This document shows, piece by piece, positions 38,938-53,185 of a stretch of DNA of 64,000 nucleotides. Position numbers and translations under genes: made by a program. This stretch comes from the human T2T-CHM13v2.0 reference genome, Homo sapiens. Under the pieces are notes generated by a model that had not been told where the DNA came from, made no database searches, and was given only the letters and a program-made list of their open reading frames with translations. How positions within the stretch are numbered: position 1 is the stretch's first letter; each line of letters starts with the position of its first letter. The stretch lies in assembly GCF_009914755.1 (NCBI RefSeq), contig NC_060926.1; one strand, 5' to 3'.

Positions 38938-41459
38938 TGCATTTCTTCATGAGTTTGAAAACTTATAACCAATTGGGAAAGTCATGAACTTTTAAAAATT
39001 CTAAACTCCCAGCAAAATTAACTCAGTTGTCTTCTCAGCGTCATTCAGAGAAAGGGCAAGTCTGTTGTACTACAAAATGGAAATGAAATTATCCTCTGAA
39101 CTGAGATGGCGGTTCTCCAGGATAGTTGTGCTAGAAATAAAGACCACATTCAAGAGAAGTAACCGGGGCTCTGAGGGGTGAAGGACTGGGTGGGTCCTGG
39201 AGGGAGAAGAAAAGGAGACTCTGAGGCACTTACCCGTGACTAGGAGTGGTCTGAACAGAGCCTTAGTGACTTAGGGTGAGAAATTTGGTAGCTGTTGATT
39301 TGCATAGAATAGGCATTTCAGTACTTACTGTAGATGCAGAAAAGTGACTTCAAAAAAGAGCAAGGCCATTTAGATTCATTTATTCATCAATTCAGCATTC
39401 ATTTTTGAATCTTTATTGTGTGCAAGATCATTTTGTTCTAGTGCCCTGAAAGATTCACAGAAAAACAAGACAATTTTTCTTTTAGGGCTGAAAATACTTA
39501 GCTAGCGAAGATAGCTAGATGGTACTTTCAAGTGCTTGAAACCCTTTCTTTTTAAATAAAAAAAAGAAATAAACTATTTATTTTGTTTGTCAAAGGAGTT
39601 ATGAGTGAACACATGCAATTGAATTTAAGGCTTTCACGGAAAAAAAAAAATCAACCGATTTCTTTTTCTTCTTTTTCGTTTTATGAAAATTTCCAGTCCA
39701 GTCTTCCTCATTGGTGTTTATCGTGTCAGGTTCATACCCTGACTTATCTACTGAATCTTCTTTAGCTCCATGGTGACAGACAACACAAAAATGGAAAATA
39801 TTCTTCTAGATTTTAAAGTGCATGTTTTCACTGAAAGAAATGTAATCTTCATGCTTTTAGCTCCTTAAACTTTTGATCAACATGTCACTACAGAAGAACA
39901 ATTTGACGTCTAAAGAGTATTTTCAGTTTTTAAAGCAGATCTGATTTTTAAAAATGGAAAGTCATGATAGGCTATGGGCAAGAAATTTGAAAATAAAGAT
40001 TGTTAGGGAAAGTTTGACAACTGCCGTTTAAAAATTTTGTTTGGTTTTCTATTTAGTCACAGCTGGAGAGGACACGGAGATCAGCCACAAAATGTTAAAT
40101 CAAGTTGTATTTAGTTTTAAGGATAAGCATAAAGATGCTTTTCAATTATGTTAAAAGAGTTAAATACATATAATTCTTAGAAGAGGGTCTCACATATAGT
40201 AAGCACTCAAATATTACTATTATGTTTATATTGATACTAATATAGCAAAAATTTGTCATTGTATTTTTATTTCCTTATATTACAATGTTCCTTTTACATG
40301 CCAGAAACTGTGCTGTCTTATTACTAATCACATTATTACTGTTCTCTTTGTCCAAAGAACATGAAACCTTAAGATTCTTAGTTTTTAGTGTGGAGTACTA
40401 ATTGTGAATAAGTCAAGAATCTCTTTTGAATTTCATTATCACCATTTCAACATGGATATGGAGACAGAATGTATTTGGAGTGTAAATGTATTCAGATACT
40501 CAGCTCAAGTCTATCCAAAAATCACTCTTTGAGTATCCTCTATGTGCTAGAAGTTGGGTGTGTAGAGCTCATGGTCCTGTACTTAGGTAGTTTACAGCAT
40601 TAGAGGAGGAGACAGATGTACAAACAAATACATTTCATATGAAGGGGTAAGTATTAGAATAGGTTGTTGGTTGTCTGCTATGAGAGCCAGAGTAGAGAAT
40701 AAGCTGGAGAGGTGGAGAAAGCCTCCTCATAGGTAATGGCATTCGATCTAGGTTCTAAAGAATGAATAGGAGTTACCTCAATTTCTTTATCTGTAAACAA
40801 AGAGAGTTGGGCAGGATTCCTTTGTGCTTTAAACTTCTGTGATTTTAATGCTCTGAATTTTACTTGGTCACTAATGAGGGACACTGGGCCTTTGCATTTT
40901 GATTTTTGCAGAAGATCCTATCTACACAATCCTAAAGCTCCTCCATCCACAGTAAAAATATGTTGACTGTTCAGTTGTTCTGCTATCCTGCCAAATAGCT
41001 GAGCTTTTAGATTTCGGGACAAAGAATTCACACAACTGGCTGAATGTTTCACTTTTCATCAGGACATTTTGGCATCAGGTAGACAATAACTGTGGATGAA
41101 TTTCAGGAATCTCAGGATTTGGACTAAGTATAGAGAAAATAATAGCTTAGATTCTGATTTGAAGTGAAGTTCAATTATCCAGAGCCAAAAAAATATCCTT
41201 TCTTCTTCCAAGTGGTCTAAGATGCTTATTAGCTCTGGCTTTGGTCCTAGGGTATTTTCATAATGAAGTCGGCTGAAAGTTTGCAGGACAGATAGGGTTG
41301 CCATTCTTCATGGGGCTGTAGAGGAGAGCAGAGCTAACTTAGAGACTGGAGGAAATAAAAATAGTTGAATGAGGAGAAAGGTCCAAAATGTTACCTGAAT
41401 GATTATATGATGGGACACAGGTCTGCCTCAACAATTCCTTGGTAATTGGAATAATACAT

Positions 41460-42280
41460 ATTTTTAAACCAACCTTATTAGAGTTAAAATGCACACTTTT
41501 ATGTATACAGTTCTTTGAGTTTTGACAAACTCCGACACCCAAATAGCCATCACTACAATCAAGATACATAATACCATCATCACCTGAAAACACTGAAAAC
41601 ACTGTACCGCTTCACGGTCCTTCCTCTTCCCACACCCCCAGCCTTAGAAAACCACTGATCTGCTTTCAACACTGTAGACTAGATTTGCCTTTTCTAGAGT
41701 TTCATATATGTGGACTCATGCCGTATGTACTCTTTTGTGTCTGACTTTTATCAATCAGAGTAACATTCTTGAGATTCATCAATGTAGTTGGGCATATCAG
41801 TCATTCTTTCCTTTTAACTGCTGATTAGTATTTCATTGGATGGAATACCACAATTTGTTTATCCTTTCATGTTCATGGACATTTGGGCTGTTTCTAATTT
41901 TAAAGCTGCGGAAAACATACACGTACAAGACTTGATGTATACATATTTTTATTTCTTTTGGGCAAAAATACTTAGGAGTGAAATTGCCGGGTCATATTGC
42001 AATGATATGTTTTAATTTTATAAGAAAATGTCAAACTGTTTTCCAAGGTGATCATACCATTTTGCACTCCCATTAGCCATATGTAAGAGTTTCAGTTGTT
42101 CAACATCCTTGTTTACCTCGTATCTTTAATTTTAGCTACTCAAGTCAGAATGTAGTGGTATTACATTGGTGTTTTAGTATGCATTTCCCTAATGAATAAT
42201 GATTTTAAGCAACCTTTCTTATGCTTGCTGGCCATTTGTATATTCTTATTTGTGGAATGCTTGTTCACATCTTTTCTGCA
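41460..42280 (-). mobile_element. Ancient L1M (MC/ME-like) 3' fragment
   Basis: aaccactgatctgctttc...gatttgccttttctagagtttcatat...caaactgttttccaaggtg...tgcatttccctaatg. Confidence 0.8.
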
Positions 42281-42569
42281 GTCATTTTGAGACTTTTACA
42301 CGGCTCCCATATGGTTCGTGAATGTGCTTTGGGCCTTCCATGGTGGGTGGATTGAGTTTGTGCTTAAGGTTATTTTGAAGACAAGTTTCCATGGTTAAAA
42401 GCAAAATTTGAATACCATCGGTTTAAAGCAAAATTGTGAAAGAGGCAAATTTGGCTCTTGGTGTTTCCATTCCTCTTTTCCTCAAGGGTTTTCACTTGTA
42501 AGTGGTAAAATGCTGTGCTGGACTCTCTGGGAGCGCAGAGCTTATAAGGCCTCTGGATTCAAGAAAGCA

Positions 42570-42815
42570 TTGGAGTAGAGAGGAACATGGCCAGGCTCTG
42601 GAGTCATGGAGATATGGGTTGGTACCCAGATTCTACCATTTATTAGCTCTGCAATCTTTAACAAATTTGTTATCCCCTTCAAGTCTATGGTTTCACCAGC
42701 GAGAAATGGGATTAATAATATCTAACCAGTAGGCTCTTCTGGGGATAAAGTGAGTAAATAAATGTAAAGTTTCTAGAAGCATGCCCAGCACATAGTGGAT
42801 ACCTGTCAAATAGTT
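42570..42815 (+). mobile_element. MIR
   Basis: aggctctggagtcatggagatatgggtt...aaatgtaaagt...atgcccagcacatagtgg. Confidence 0.65.
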
Positions 42816-44359
42816 GTTTCCTTCTCTTTCTCTCTACTCCTAAACTTGTCTTTTTTCTTCCCTTTATTTTAGAATCTTAGGGTCCCCACTGTGGCACTGC
42901 ATTCTTCCCACCCTTTAAAGGTTCTAGACTTAGACAAATTCTGCCCCATTTCATCATTTATCTGTTTCTATTCTCTCACAGAGTCTTGCTGAATGGGAGT
43001 AGCTAATCTGACAAACCTAATTTATGAATTTATGTTAAGGTGGCAATGGTTGATAATATTTCAAAGTTTCACTAAGTACCTAATCCAAAAAAGATGCAGA
43101 GAAGAATAAGACCTGGGGGAATTTGAGGCCTGTGGAAGGCTGATTAGAGTAGGTAGTGGTTTTAGTATCGTTGACCTTTCCCAGAACCTTATAAAAATTC
43201 CATAAGTGGCTCTCTCCAGGGAGTTTGTCTGAACTTAGACATTTTTAATTAGTTGATTCTTCTCAAATCCCCCTCCCCAACTTTTTTATGAGGTCTTTCC
43301 CACCATCTTCTAGCAAACCAGTACCATATAAATGGCTTTACAAGGCAAGTAATGGTTTTTCAATAAATGTCTTGTTTTTTGCCAAATTTATAGTTTAACT
43401 ATGATCCCATACTTGTTGATTGCTTGTGATTTAGTGGCACATTTAATACAAAATTTAAGACTTTTGATAAAACTAATTATCTGTAGTTGTTGTAGCGAAA
43501 CCCTGCCTGAGTAGGGAGACCCAGTATCAGTCCTCCGGATTGTAGTTTTGGGAACCCATCTAGCATCTTACTAAGCCAACAAATCTTCAAGGGAAGTTTG
43601 CAGCTGTACCTCAAAGATGTCACGAAATCACAGAATAATAGACTCTTATAGCTGGGAGGGCCTTAGAGAATAGCAAGTTTAATCCCATGTCCAGTTTTTA
43701 GATGAGAATATTATAAATATTAAAAAGTAATTTCTTGATGAATATTGGTGTGTTACACTGGTCACAATATTGACTTGGACATCTCCACTTCTGAGAATAT
43801 TCTGAGACAGCTGATTCATTCATTTCTTGAATTTTACTTTTCATAATTAAATTCACAATTCTTGATTCTGGTTACTGTTAGTTTGTTTATTTTGTTAACA
43901 TATCTTATTTTCTATTGCTTTGAGAGCCAGGTAGTTTTGTAGAATATTAACATTATGCAAAAAAAACCACACTAAACCTGAGGTCTTAAAGTGAGCTAGG
44001 TTCTTCTTTGCCAAATTTTCTTTAGGGTCATGTTAACAAACAACTGAAAAAAATGTTTATAGCTTTCATGAGATAGCTGTCCACAAATGGGTTCTTATTC
44101 TGAAATTTTATCCATGCTACGATCAAAAAATGTTTCCCCTGATGACAGAAAAAAGATCGGCTCCAAACAGAGTGACTAGGCTGATATATGTCCAAGCGAT
44201 CCCAATTGAATATTCCTGGAAAACCCAATTCTATTCTGAGAATGAAAAGTTTTAAGAGAAAGTGCATCGAGAACTTGGCACTATCTGCTTTTATCTGTTT
44301 TGTTGAGTAACTCCTTGTGGACTTCTCTAAATAATCTTTGAAATAGTAAAATATCCTTC

Positions 44360-44687
44360 TGTATTAGTCTGTTCTCATGCTGCTAATAAAGATACACCCA
44401 AGACTGGGTGGTTTATAAAGGAAAGAGGTTTAAGGGACTCACAGTTCCACATGGCTAGGGATGCCTCACAAGCATGGTGGAAGGAAAAGGAGAAGCAAAC
44501 ATATGTCTTACATGGTGGCAGGTAAGACAGCTTGTGCAGGGGAACTCCCATTTATAAAACCATCAGATCTCATATGGGGGAAACCGCCCCCATGATTCAA
44601 TTATCTCCACCTGGCCCTACCCTTGACATGTGGGGATTATTACAATTCAAGGGGAAATTTGTCTGGGGACACAGCCAAACCATATCA
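44360..44687 (-). mobile_element. THE1 solo LTR with internal deletion
   Basis: tgtattagtctgttctcatgctgctaataaag...acagccaaaccatatca; perfect TSD ccttc. Confidence 0.9.
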
Positions 44688-45131
44688 CCTTCCTACAACA
44701 GTGCACACTTCCACCCATTGAATGGAATTTGTCAATATCAAATATTCACTGGAAAAGCAGAAGGCAACTTTGCTGAGAACAGCAATAGGCCAGACATGGA
44801 GTTGTGATGACTTGGAACAAGATAGTAGGAAGAGTGTTGAGAAGAAGGAATATTCAATATCCATGTACCGAGTGTACTGAGAGTATGCAAAAGTGTCTGG
44901 AGTGTGGAAAGGAAATAGAATGTCAGTTTTCAATACTCAGAAACAGTAAAGGAAGATTTGCAACTTCACATGCATGTCCTGTTTGAATTCCCCTAAACAT
45001 TCTGGCTTAAGGGTCTCCCAGGAGTCCCTCTCATTCCTGTTGCTCCTCATTTGGTCGTGTGTGGTGGTGGTTTCATTGTCCTGTTGAGTTATGCTTGTGT
45101 CATGTTTTAAAGGCCACTGCATTTCCCCATG

Positions 45132-45132
<1 letters not shown>

Positions 45133-45172
<40 letters not shown>
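45133..45172. repeat. (TG)n(AG)n
   Basis: Direct reading. Confidence 0.9.
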
Positions 45173-45984
45173 TGCATTTGTTTCGCTTTGTGTGAAAAGC
45201 TAGAACACACTGGTAGAAAGGAGACTGTGTGAAGGCAGACATTGTTAACATGGAGCCAACCACAAAAAGAAGATAAATACTTAGGATATGAGGAAATTTA
45301 TAGGAAGAGGCTGGGAATGACCATCACTAATTAGCTTATGAAGAGTCATCAGGCATACTTAACATTCAGGCCAAAGACAGCATCAGAAGAGAAGAGCGCA
45401 AAAATTTTTTAAAAACCCAAAGCTTGAAAAGACCACAAATTGTAATACATATTTTTGGAATTATACAGTGATTATGTTGAGTATTGAACAAAAGTTCAGG
45501 AGGAGGTCTGGCTGAAAGGATAAGAAAATTTAAATTTCTTTTAGGATTTGTGCTGACATTGTTTTTTAAAAAAAGAGAATTCCAAGCTTATCTTTATTTC
45601 AAATATGTTCAAACTGGGTGTCCTCCCAGGCTCAACCTATTCTTTTACCCTTCAAAGGATCCATGGTTTAAAGAGATTTGTTTGAGGGGTCTTTAATAGT
45701 TTCTGGCAAGACATAGATAACAGTTGAGTCTGGACTGAAGTATTCAGGATCATGATATCCCAGATGGACTGGTGAAGGTAACTCTAATATTTTCTGGAAA
45801 AGACGAAGACAGAAATAGATACCTGTGTCCAAGATAAATAGATGTTGCATAGTTTGCTTTGACCTTTATGGTTTTACAGTCAGGGAACTACCGCTGTGGG
45901 CACACAGAAGTTAGCATGCTGGTTCATCTTGACTCATTGAGTTGAATTTTGAGGATAGGATAGAAAAGGATGTCCTCTCTCTCC

Positions 45985-46176
45985 CTCAGCATGTTGGGAA
46001 TTCAGAGTCACCTGAAGGGCTTGTTAAAACTCACATCTGGGTTCTACTGTCGGAGTTTGTGCTTCACATGGTTCTGAGGTGGGGTCTGAGAACCTGTACT
46101 TCTAGCAAATTCCTAGGTAATGCTCATGCTCCTTGCTGAGTGAGGGGAGAGAGGGATCACACTTTGAGAACCAGTG
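45985..46176. mobile_element. MER5A-like hAT DNA transposon
   Basis: cagagtcacctgaagggcttgttaaaac...ttctagcaaattcctaggtaatgct...cacactttgagaaccagtg. Confidence 0.7.
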
Positions 46177-46939
46177 GTCAGCCAACTCTATTATTTTATA
46201 CAAGTGAAACTCAGAGGGCAAAATTTTATTATTTTAATGATATGGTTGGGTTTGGTCAGGCAGGACTAGAATTTAAATCTCTTGACTCTAAACTCCATAG
46301 CATTTAGCATATAAGGTAGCTCTACAGAAAAAAAAATTAGAATATTTAAAAGAAATCTCTGACTTATTTCATCTTTAAGCCTCAAAACGTATGGCGACCA
46401 ATGACAACAATACATTTTAGGACAGTTACTGTGTTCAGTAGAAGAGAAGAGTGAATCTAGTCTGAGGCAGAAGTCAACTCAGAATAATGAGAGGGCACTA
46501 GGGCCTGTCGTTCTCTCTGAGCTACATTGTGAAAGGTGCTTTGGCTTATTTAATTTATTGTATGTCTTCCCTAACTAGAGTGTAAATTCCTAGATGGCAA
46601 AAATTTGTATTTCTTCTAATTGCTCCATGTGCAAGTCTTATACTGTGCTTAGTACACAGTGAGAACTCAATCAGTATTTATTGAATGCATCAATGAATGG
46701 TACACTTACTGAGGAATCAACATTGGAATAGAAACACTTTCCCCTGTGGCCAGGAAATAAGAAAACATTTTCCTTCTTTTCATGGCCAAGAGGGAGCCCT
46801 ACAGCTGTTCCAGGCTGGATGTGCCTTTGCCAAAAGGCTATTAAGTTTCCCAGGGCTATCAAACCAACACATAGTTTGGTTGCACCAATTGTGACCAACC
46901 TGTCAGCTCTCTCTTGAGGATGCCAAAGCCACCTTTAAT

Positions 46940-47190
46940 AATGATGAACACTCATTGAGCCCTTACAACTTGTAAAGTCCTCTTCTAGGGGCTCTGTATG
47001 TATTACCTCACTTAATCTTTAGAATATCCCTAGAGGAGAGATGCTACTATTGCCCCATTTGCTAGATGAGGAAACTAAAGCCTAAAGAGGTTGAGTAATC
47101 CCTCAAGGCACACAGCTGATAAATGTAGGAACTGGGATTTCACCCCTGGCAGTCTGATCCATACACTAGGCTCTTCACCTCCAGACCATT
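46940..47190 (-). mobile_element. MIR (an L2 3' end lies at ~46550-46700)
   Basis: ccccatttgctagatgaggaaactaaagcctaaagaggttgagtaa...caaggcacacagctgataaatg. Confidence 0.75.
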
Positions 47191-47661
47191 TGATCTTTTT
47201 ATGGCCTCAAGAGCTGAATAGAACTACATCCATCCTTCAGTAGAATGGGGAGTCTCAAAATACACCAAAACTGGGCCTGGGTTTTACCCTCCTTAAGTCA
47301 GACTCAAATTGCCTAAAATCAGCCTTGACTTAGAGGAAAGGTTCTTGAGAATTGAAGTAATTGGAGAGCTATGGCAGGAATAATTGTGAAATGCCAGAAA
47401 ACAAATCCAAGGTGGAGAGAAGTACATACATAGATATTTTATATACGTATATTAGATAACATATATTTACGTATATAAAATCACAGGCTTGAGAAACATG
47501 TAATGGATTTGAGATGTTTTCTTTGAAGTCCAGTGGTTAAGAGTTCAGAGCAGAATTTTCTGTAGTATGTTACTCATCTAGAGAAGAAAAATTTTAAAAA
47601 GACTCTTTTCCTATATTTGAAAGGGAAAAACCAGTCCAAAAGATAATATAGTGTTGAGTAA

Positions 47662-47987
<326 letters not shown>

Positions 47988-48261
47988 TAAACTTTTCCCA
48001 TTTATAGGCATGTAGACATTGAAGTTAACACTTGAATTATTATACATACATATATATGTGTATATATATTTACATTGTCTCAGTTGTTACATTAAATAAA
48101 ACCAAGAGCAGGATATTCTTTGCTCTGGACACCATTTATTATGTGCTCTTTCCTGCTTATAAGAACATCTTAGAACACCATAATTATGTGAATGGATTGC
48201 TCCGTAGAAACCCCATTGGTTTTGAACCTAAGAGATGGAAAGGGCAAGCTGATTACCTAAG

Positions 48262-48787
48262 TAATGCGGTTGAATCTGTGTCCCCACTGAAATCTCATGT
48301 TGAATTGTAATCCTCATTGTTGGAGGAGGGGCTAAGTGGGAGGTAATTGGATCATGGGTGCCGTTGGAGGGGGGGCTTCCTCCTTGCTGTTCTCAAGACA
48401 AGTGAGTGAGTTCTCATGAGATCTAGTTGTTTACAAGTACTTCTGCCTTCTCTCTCCTCCTTCTGCTTGTAGTACTTGTCATGGCAGCTTAAGCAAAGTC
48501 ATATACCCTTCCTATTGAAGAGACAGAGGATCAAGATGCCTATCAAACCACAAATCACATTGAAAGCATCTTTTTAAACATGGTGTCTGGCATGTCTGCT
48601 CACATTCTGGTCAATGTGACGTGCCTGCTTCCCCTTTGCCTTCCACTATGATTGTAAGTTTCCTGAGGCCTCCCCAGCCATGCTTTCTGTAGAGCCTGCA
48701 GAACTGTGAGCCAATTAAACCTATTTTCTTTATAAATTACCCAGTCCCAGGTAGTTCTTCACAGAAGTGCAAGAATGAACTAATACA
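48262..48787 (+). mobile_element. MSTA solo LTR carrying a 152-bp foreign insert (48465-48616)
   Basis: atctgtgtccccactgaaatctcatgttgaattgtaatcc...aagaatgaactaataca; TSD ctaag/ccaag. Confidence 0.88.
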
Positions 48788-49172
48788 CCAAGCTCACTTC
48801 TCATCCCACCATGAGTTCTTTTCTGGAGTGTTCGCCTCATCTCCATGCTTTATGCCCCCTGAGCCACTCAGATTTGCTGATATCATGAAACTGCTCACTG
48901 AAAATGAAAGAGTTTCTTTTCTTACAGAGTGAGGCATTGTGGTTTTCAAATAATTTGCTCATTGTTAGTGAATTTGCTACTAACTTGGTATATCTGTCAG
49001 ATTTCGGTGAATCATGCTGTCTAATAAACAACTTCTGAAGCTCAATGGCTTACCATATACATTTATAATTGCTCATGTAGCATAAGGGCTGAAGGTCCCC
49101 ACCATATCCCTTCCAGTTGGCCTTCTACTTCCAGACTCAGACGGAAACAGCGGCCCCTTTCTGGGATATGGT

Positions 49173-49563
49173 CTTGATGAGTTGAATTATGTGCCCCCTG
49201 CCAAATGCATCTGTTGAAATCTTAACCTCCAGTATCTCAGAATGTGACTTTTTCTGGAGATAGGGTCTTTTCAAAGGTAATCAAGTTAAAATGAGGTTAT
49301 TAGGGTGGACCCTAATCTGATATGCCTGCTGTTCTTATAACAAGGGGAAATTTGGAGGCACGCACCTGGAAGAATGGCATGTGAATAGACACAGGGAGAA
49401 GGTGACCATCTGCAAGCCAAGGAGAGAGGCCTCAGGAGAAACCAACTCTGCCAACACCTTGATCTTGGACTTCCAGCCTCGAGACTGTGAGATAATAAAT
49501 GTCTGTTGTTTACGACACTCAGCTTGTGGTACTTGTCATGGCAGCTTTAGCAAAGTCACATAC
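49173..49563 (+). mobile_element. MLT1B-like LTR nested in an older MLT1-type LTR (~49000-49720)
   Basis: ttgaattatgtgcccc...cagaatgtgac...caagccaaggagagaggcctcaggagaaaccaac...ttgtggtacttgtcatggcagc. Confidence 0.8.
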
Positions 49564-49829
49564 CCTTCCTATGGTGGAGGCTCAAGATGCCTGCCAAACC
49601 ACAAGTCACACCGAAAGAGTCATTTTTAACACAGTGTCTGGCATGTCTGCTCACATTCCGGTCAATGCAAGTCACACGACCAAAGCTGGGAATTAGATTC
49701 CTTCCTGTGGGGGTAGGACGCACAAGAGAGTGAATATTTGCAAAATTTGATTCAATCTACTCCAATCACACATTCCCATCTTGTTCATGTCAGAGGATTG
49801 GAAGAAACCTTGGATTTTCTCTTGCCTCT

Positions 49830-50185
49830 TGTATTAGTCCTTTCTCATGCTGCTAATAAAGACATACTGGAGACTGAGTAATTTGTGTGGGAAAGAGGTT
49901 TAATGGACTCACAGTTCCACATGGCTGGGGATGCCTCCCAATTATGGCAGAAGATGAAGGAAGAGCAAAGGGACATCTTACATGGCAGCAGGCAAAAAGG
50001 CTTGTGAACGGGGACTCCCATTTGTAAAACCATCAGACCTTGTGAAACTTATTCACTACCATGAGAACAGAATGGGGAAAACTTCCCCCATGATTCAGTT
50101 GTCTCCACTTGGCCCTGCCCTTGACACATGGGGATTATAACAATTCAAGGTGAGATTTAGGTGAGAACACAGCCAAACTGTATCA
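49830..50185 (-). mobile_element. THE1 solo LTR
   Basis: tgtattagtcctttctcatgctgctaataaagacatac...acagccaaactgtatca; TSD cctct/cctcc. Confidence 0.9.
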
Positions 50186-50621
50186 CCTCCTCAGTTCAAA
50201 TCTACATGTCAGTTGAAAGAGATGTCCTTCCTCCCTACTTTCCTTGCTAACTTCAATGTGGCCATTTCAGTTTATATTTCTTTGATTTATAGGGTTGTGA
50301 GTTGAGAGAAAAAGCCCTATTTAAAACAATCTAGGTCACCCCTTTCACGTATATATTTTCACTACCCCACCACTGCAGAGAAGTCTCCAGCCTTGCTCGG
50401 GTTTTTCGAGAAGGAGAGGGCTTACTCCTTCCTAAGGCTGCCATTCCGCCACTGGCTAGACCAACAGAAACTTCCTTCAAATGCAGAGCTGAACATACTC
50501 ATGTTTGGGGACTGCCAGAGTTTTACACATTCCCCGAATCAGGTGAGTCAACAAAAGTCATCTTGGGCATTGTATCAGGCACATAAATACATCAAATCCA
50601 CATCTACAAAAGCACTCTGCT

Positions 50622-51080
<459 letters not shown>

Positions 51081-51956
51081 TCAGTTTGAAGACATGATAT
51101 CTGAAGCTATTGTGTTATGTGCATAAAGGTTCTTGAACTTGGTGTTATACTTTCTCAGTGTATGATGTTTTAAAAACTAAATATGAGATTAAGCTCACCT
51201 TTTCCTCTTTTAAAGTTTTTTTACTTGCGTTTCATCTTGTTTCATATTAAGGTTGCCATATTTGCTTCTTTTTTGATATAATTTTTTCATTTTTCAACTT
51301 TTGCTCAGTATCATGTGTGTGTGCATATTTATTGTTTATTTTTTGTAAATGGCAAATAAATATTTCTAACCTCAACAGGATGGTCTTTGTCTTTTTATAG
51401 GAAAATTTTACCTGCTCACTCTATTGTGATTGCTGACAAATATTTGCTATGCTTTGAATTTTTTATTACCCGTATACACAAGTTACTGCCTGTTTCATTG
51501 CATGTACAAGGAACTGGGGCAAAGTACAGATGATATAAGTACATATCTTCTAAATTCAGTTCTTCATTTAATTACCCTGGTGATGTCTGGGCTTCCTCCT
51601 ACTCTTTACAGCTGTTGATTGAATAAAGGGTGCTCACAGAACCAATCTGTGGATGTCCAGAGAAGTCTTCTCTTATACATGTTTTGGCTTTGATTTTCTT
51701 TCATTTTATTTATCCTTAGTCTAATACCACCTAGGTTCCTTCTTTAACAAATTTCTCATTATAAAAATTTTATAATGATATTTATTGTTTACTACTGCTA
51801 TTATAATTTTCCTTTTTTAAAAATATATTTTCTTGCCTCTTATGAGACTCTGAGCAGGAGGAAAGGAAGATGCAGGTATTCAGTCTACTATGATGATCCA
51901 ATTCCCCAAGATCTTATTTTTAAACACTTTTGTTTTTGAGAGGTGGGGTCAGTTGA

Positions 51957-51994
51957 GTGTGTGTGAGTATGTGTGTGTGTGTGTGTGTGTGTGT
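51957..51994. repeat. (TG)n, imperfect
   Basis: Direct reading. Confidence 0.9.
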
Positions 51995-52517
51995 TTGATG
52001 TTTCATCTGCTGCAAAAGTCCTGGGTTCTATCTATTCTTTCTCTTTTTAAATTTTTGCCCTGAAGGGAATGTCTTGTCCTCTTTTCTTTTTACTTTCACT
52101 GAATTCTACCTGAAAGGTCAAGTAAAGTCAGACAAGAAGAGATTATAATGAATATCATGCTCTCTTGCCTAGTCTGTTCAGTGAGTGGGAGTTGGGGATG
52201 TGCCTACAGCATGATTAATTTTCATCATTATGCCTTAAAAAATAAAATGTCCCTAACTATCATTAATCATGTTCTTATTGTAATTAGGTATAATCAAAAT
52301 GGACAGTCAGTCATCTACTGTGTCATTAACAGATGCAGTTTTGGGGAATGCTGAAAAATCTTCAAGGCTTATGTCCATTATCACACGTAAAGTCTGCATA
52401 CTGGGCATTCTGAGATTGCACATACTAAGGAGGGTATTGTTAGTCTGCTGAGATATTCAAAAGATCATTTTCATTTGCCTTATTTATTCCTGGAGTTAAA
52501 AGACGTAGCTGTTTAAA

Positions 52518-52700
52518 ACTGGTTCTTAAACTTACATACATTATTAGAATCATCTAAAGAGATTAAAAAAATGCTGATTGCTGGGTCTGTTCCCAGGGAT
52601 TTTTGATTTAACTGGTCTGGAGTGAAGCCTGGACATCAAGAGCCTTAAAAGCTCCCTAGGTACTGCTAATGTGCAGGACATTTTTGAGAATCCCTTCTCT
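52518..52700. mobile_element. MER5-like DNA transposon
   Basis: ggttcttaaactt...attagaatcatct...ggtctggagtgaagcctggacatc...aaaagctccctaggt...ttgagaatcc. Confidence 0.65.
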
Positions 52701-53024
52701 AAAACATCAAATAGGTAAAAGGCAGAATGTCAGGGTCATGCCTCCAAATAGGTGACTAATCACAGCAGGGGAAAGTCTCATCAAAAAATCCTTAGCTTGA
52801 CTTTCAGACTGTTACTAGTTCGTTGTTCATATCTCCTTATATAAAATTTCTGGTCTTCTTATACCAGTCCTCTCACTTCGTCTCTGTCTCATACATTGAC
52901 TTTTTCACCTGGGACAGAATCCTCACAAAAAAGGAGAAAAGGGGGGGAAATTTTCTTAGGGGATTAAGATTTTCTATGATGTGCCTCTCTGACTTCTAAG
53001 GAATGGCATACGTCTTCTTATTTA

Positions 53025-53110
53025 CCTTCCTTCCTTCCTTCCTCCCTCCCTCCCTCCCTCCCTCCCTCCCTTCCTTCCTTCCTCCCTTCCTTCCTCCCTT
53101 CCTTCCTTCT
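53025..53110. repeat. (CCTT/CCCT)n
   Basis: Direct reading. Confidence 0.9.
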
Positions 53111-53185
53111 CTCTTTTCTTTTTACTTCCTTGCTAGGTAACCTTAAATGATCTCCATTTTCAGAAGAGAAATGAGAGAATGTGCT

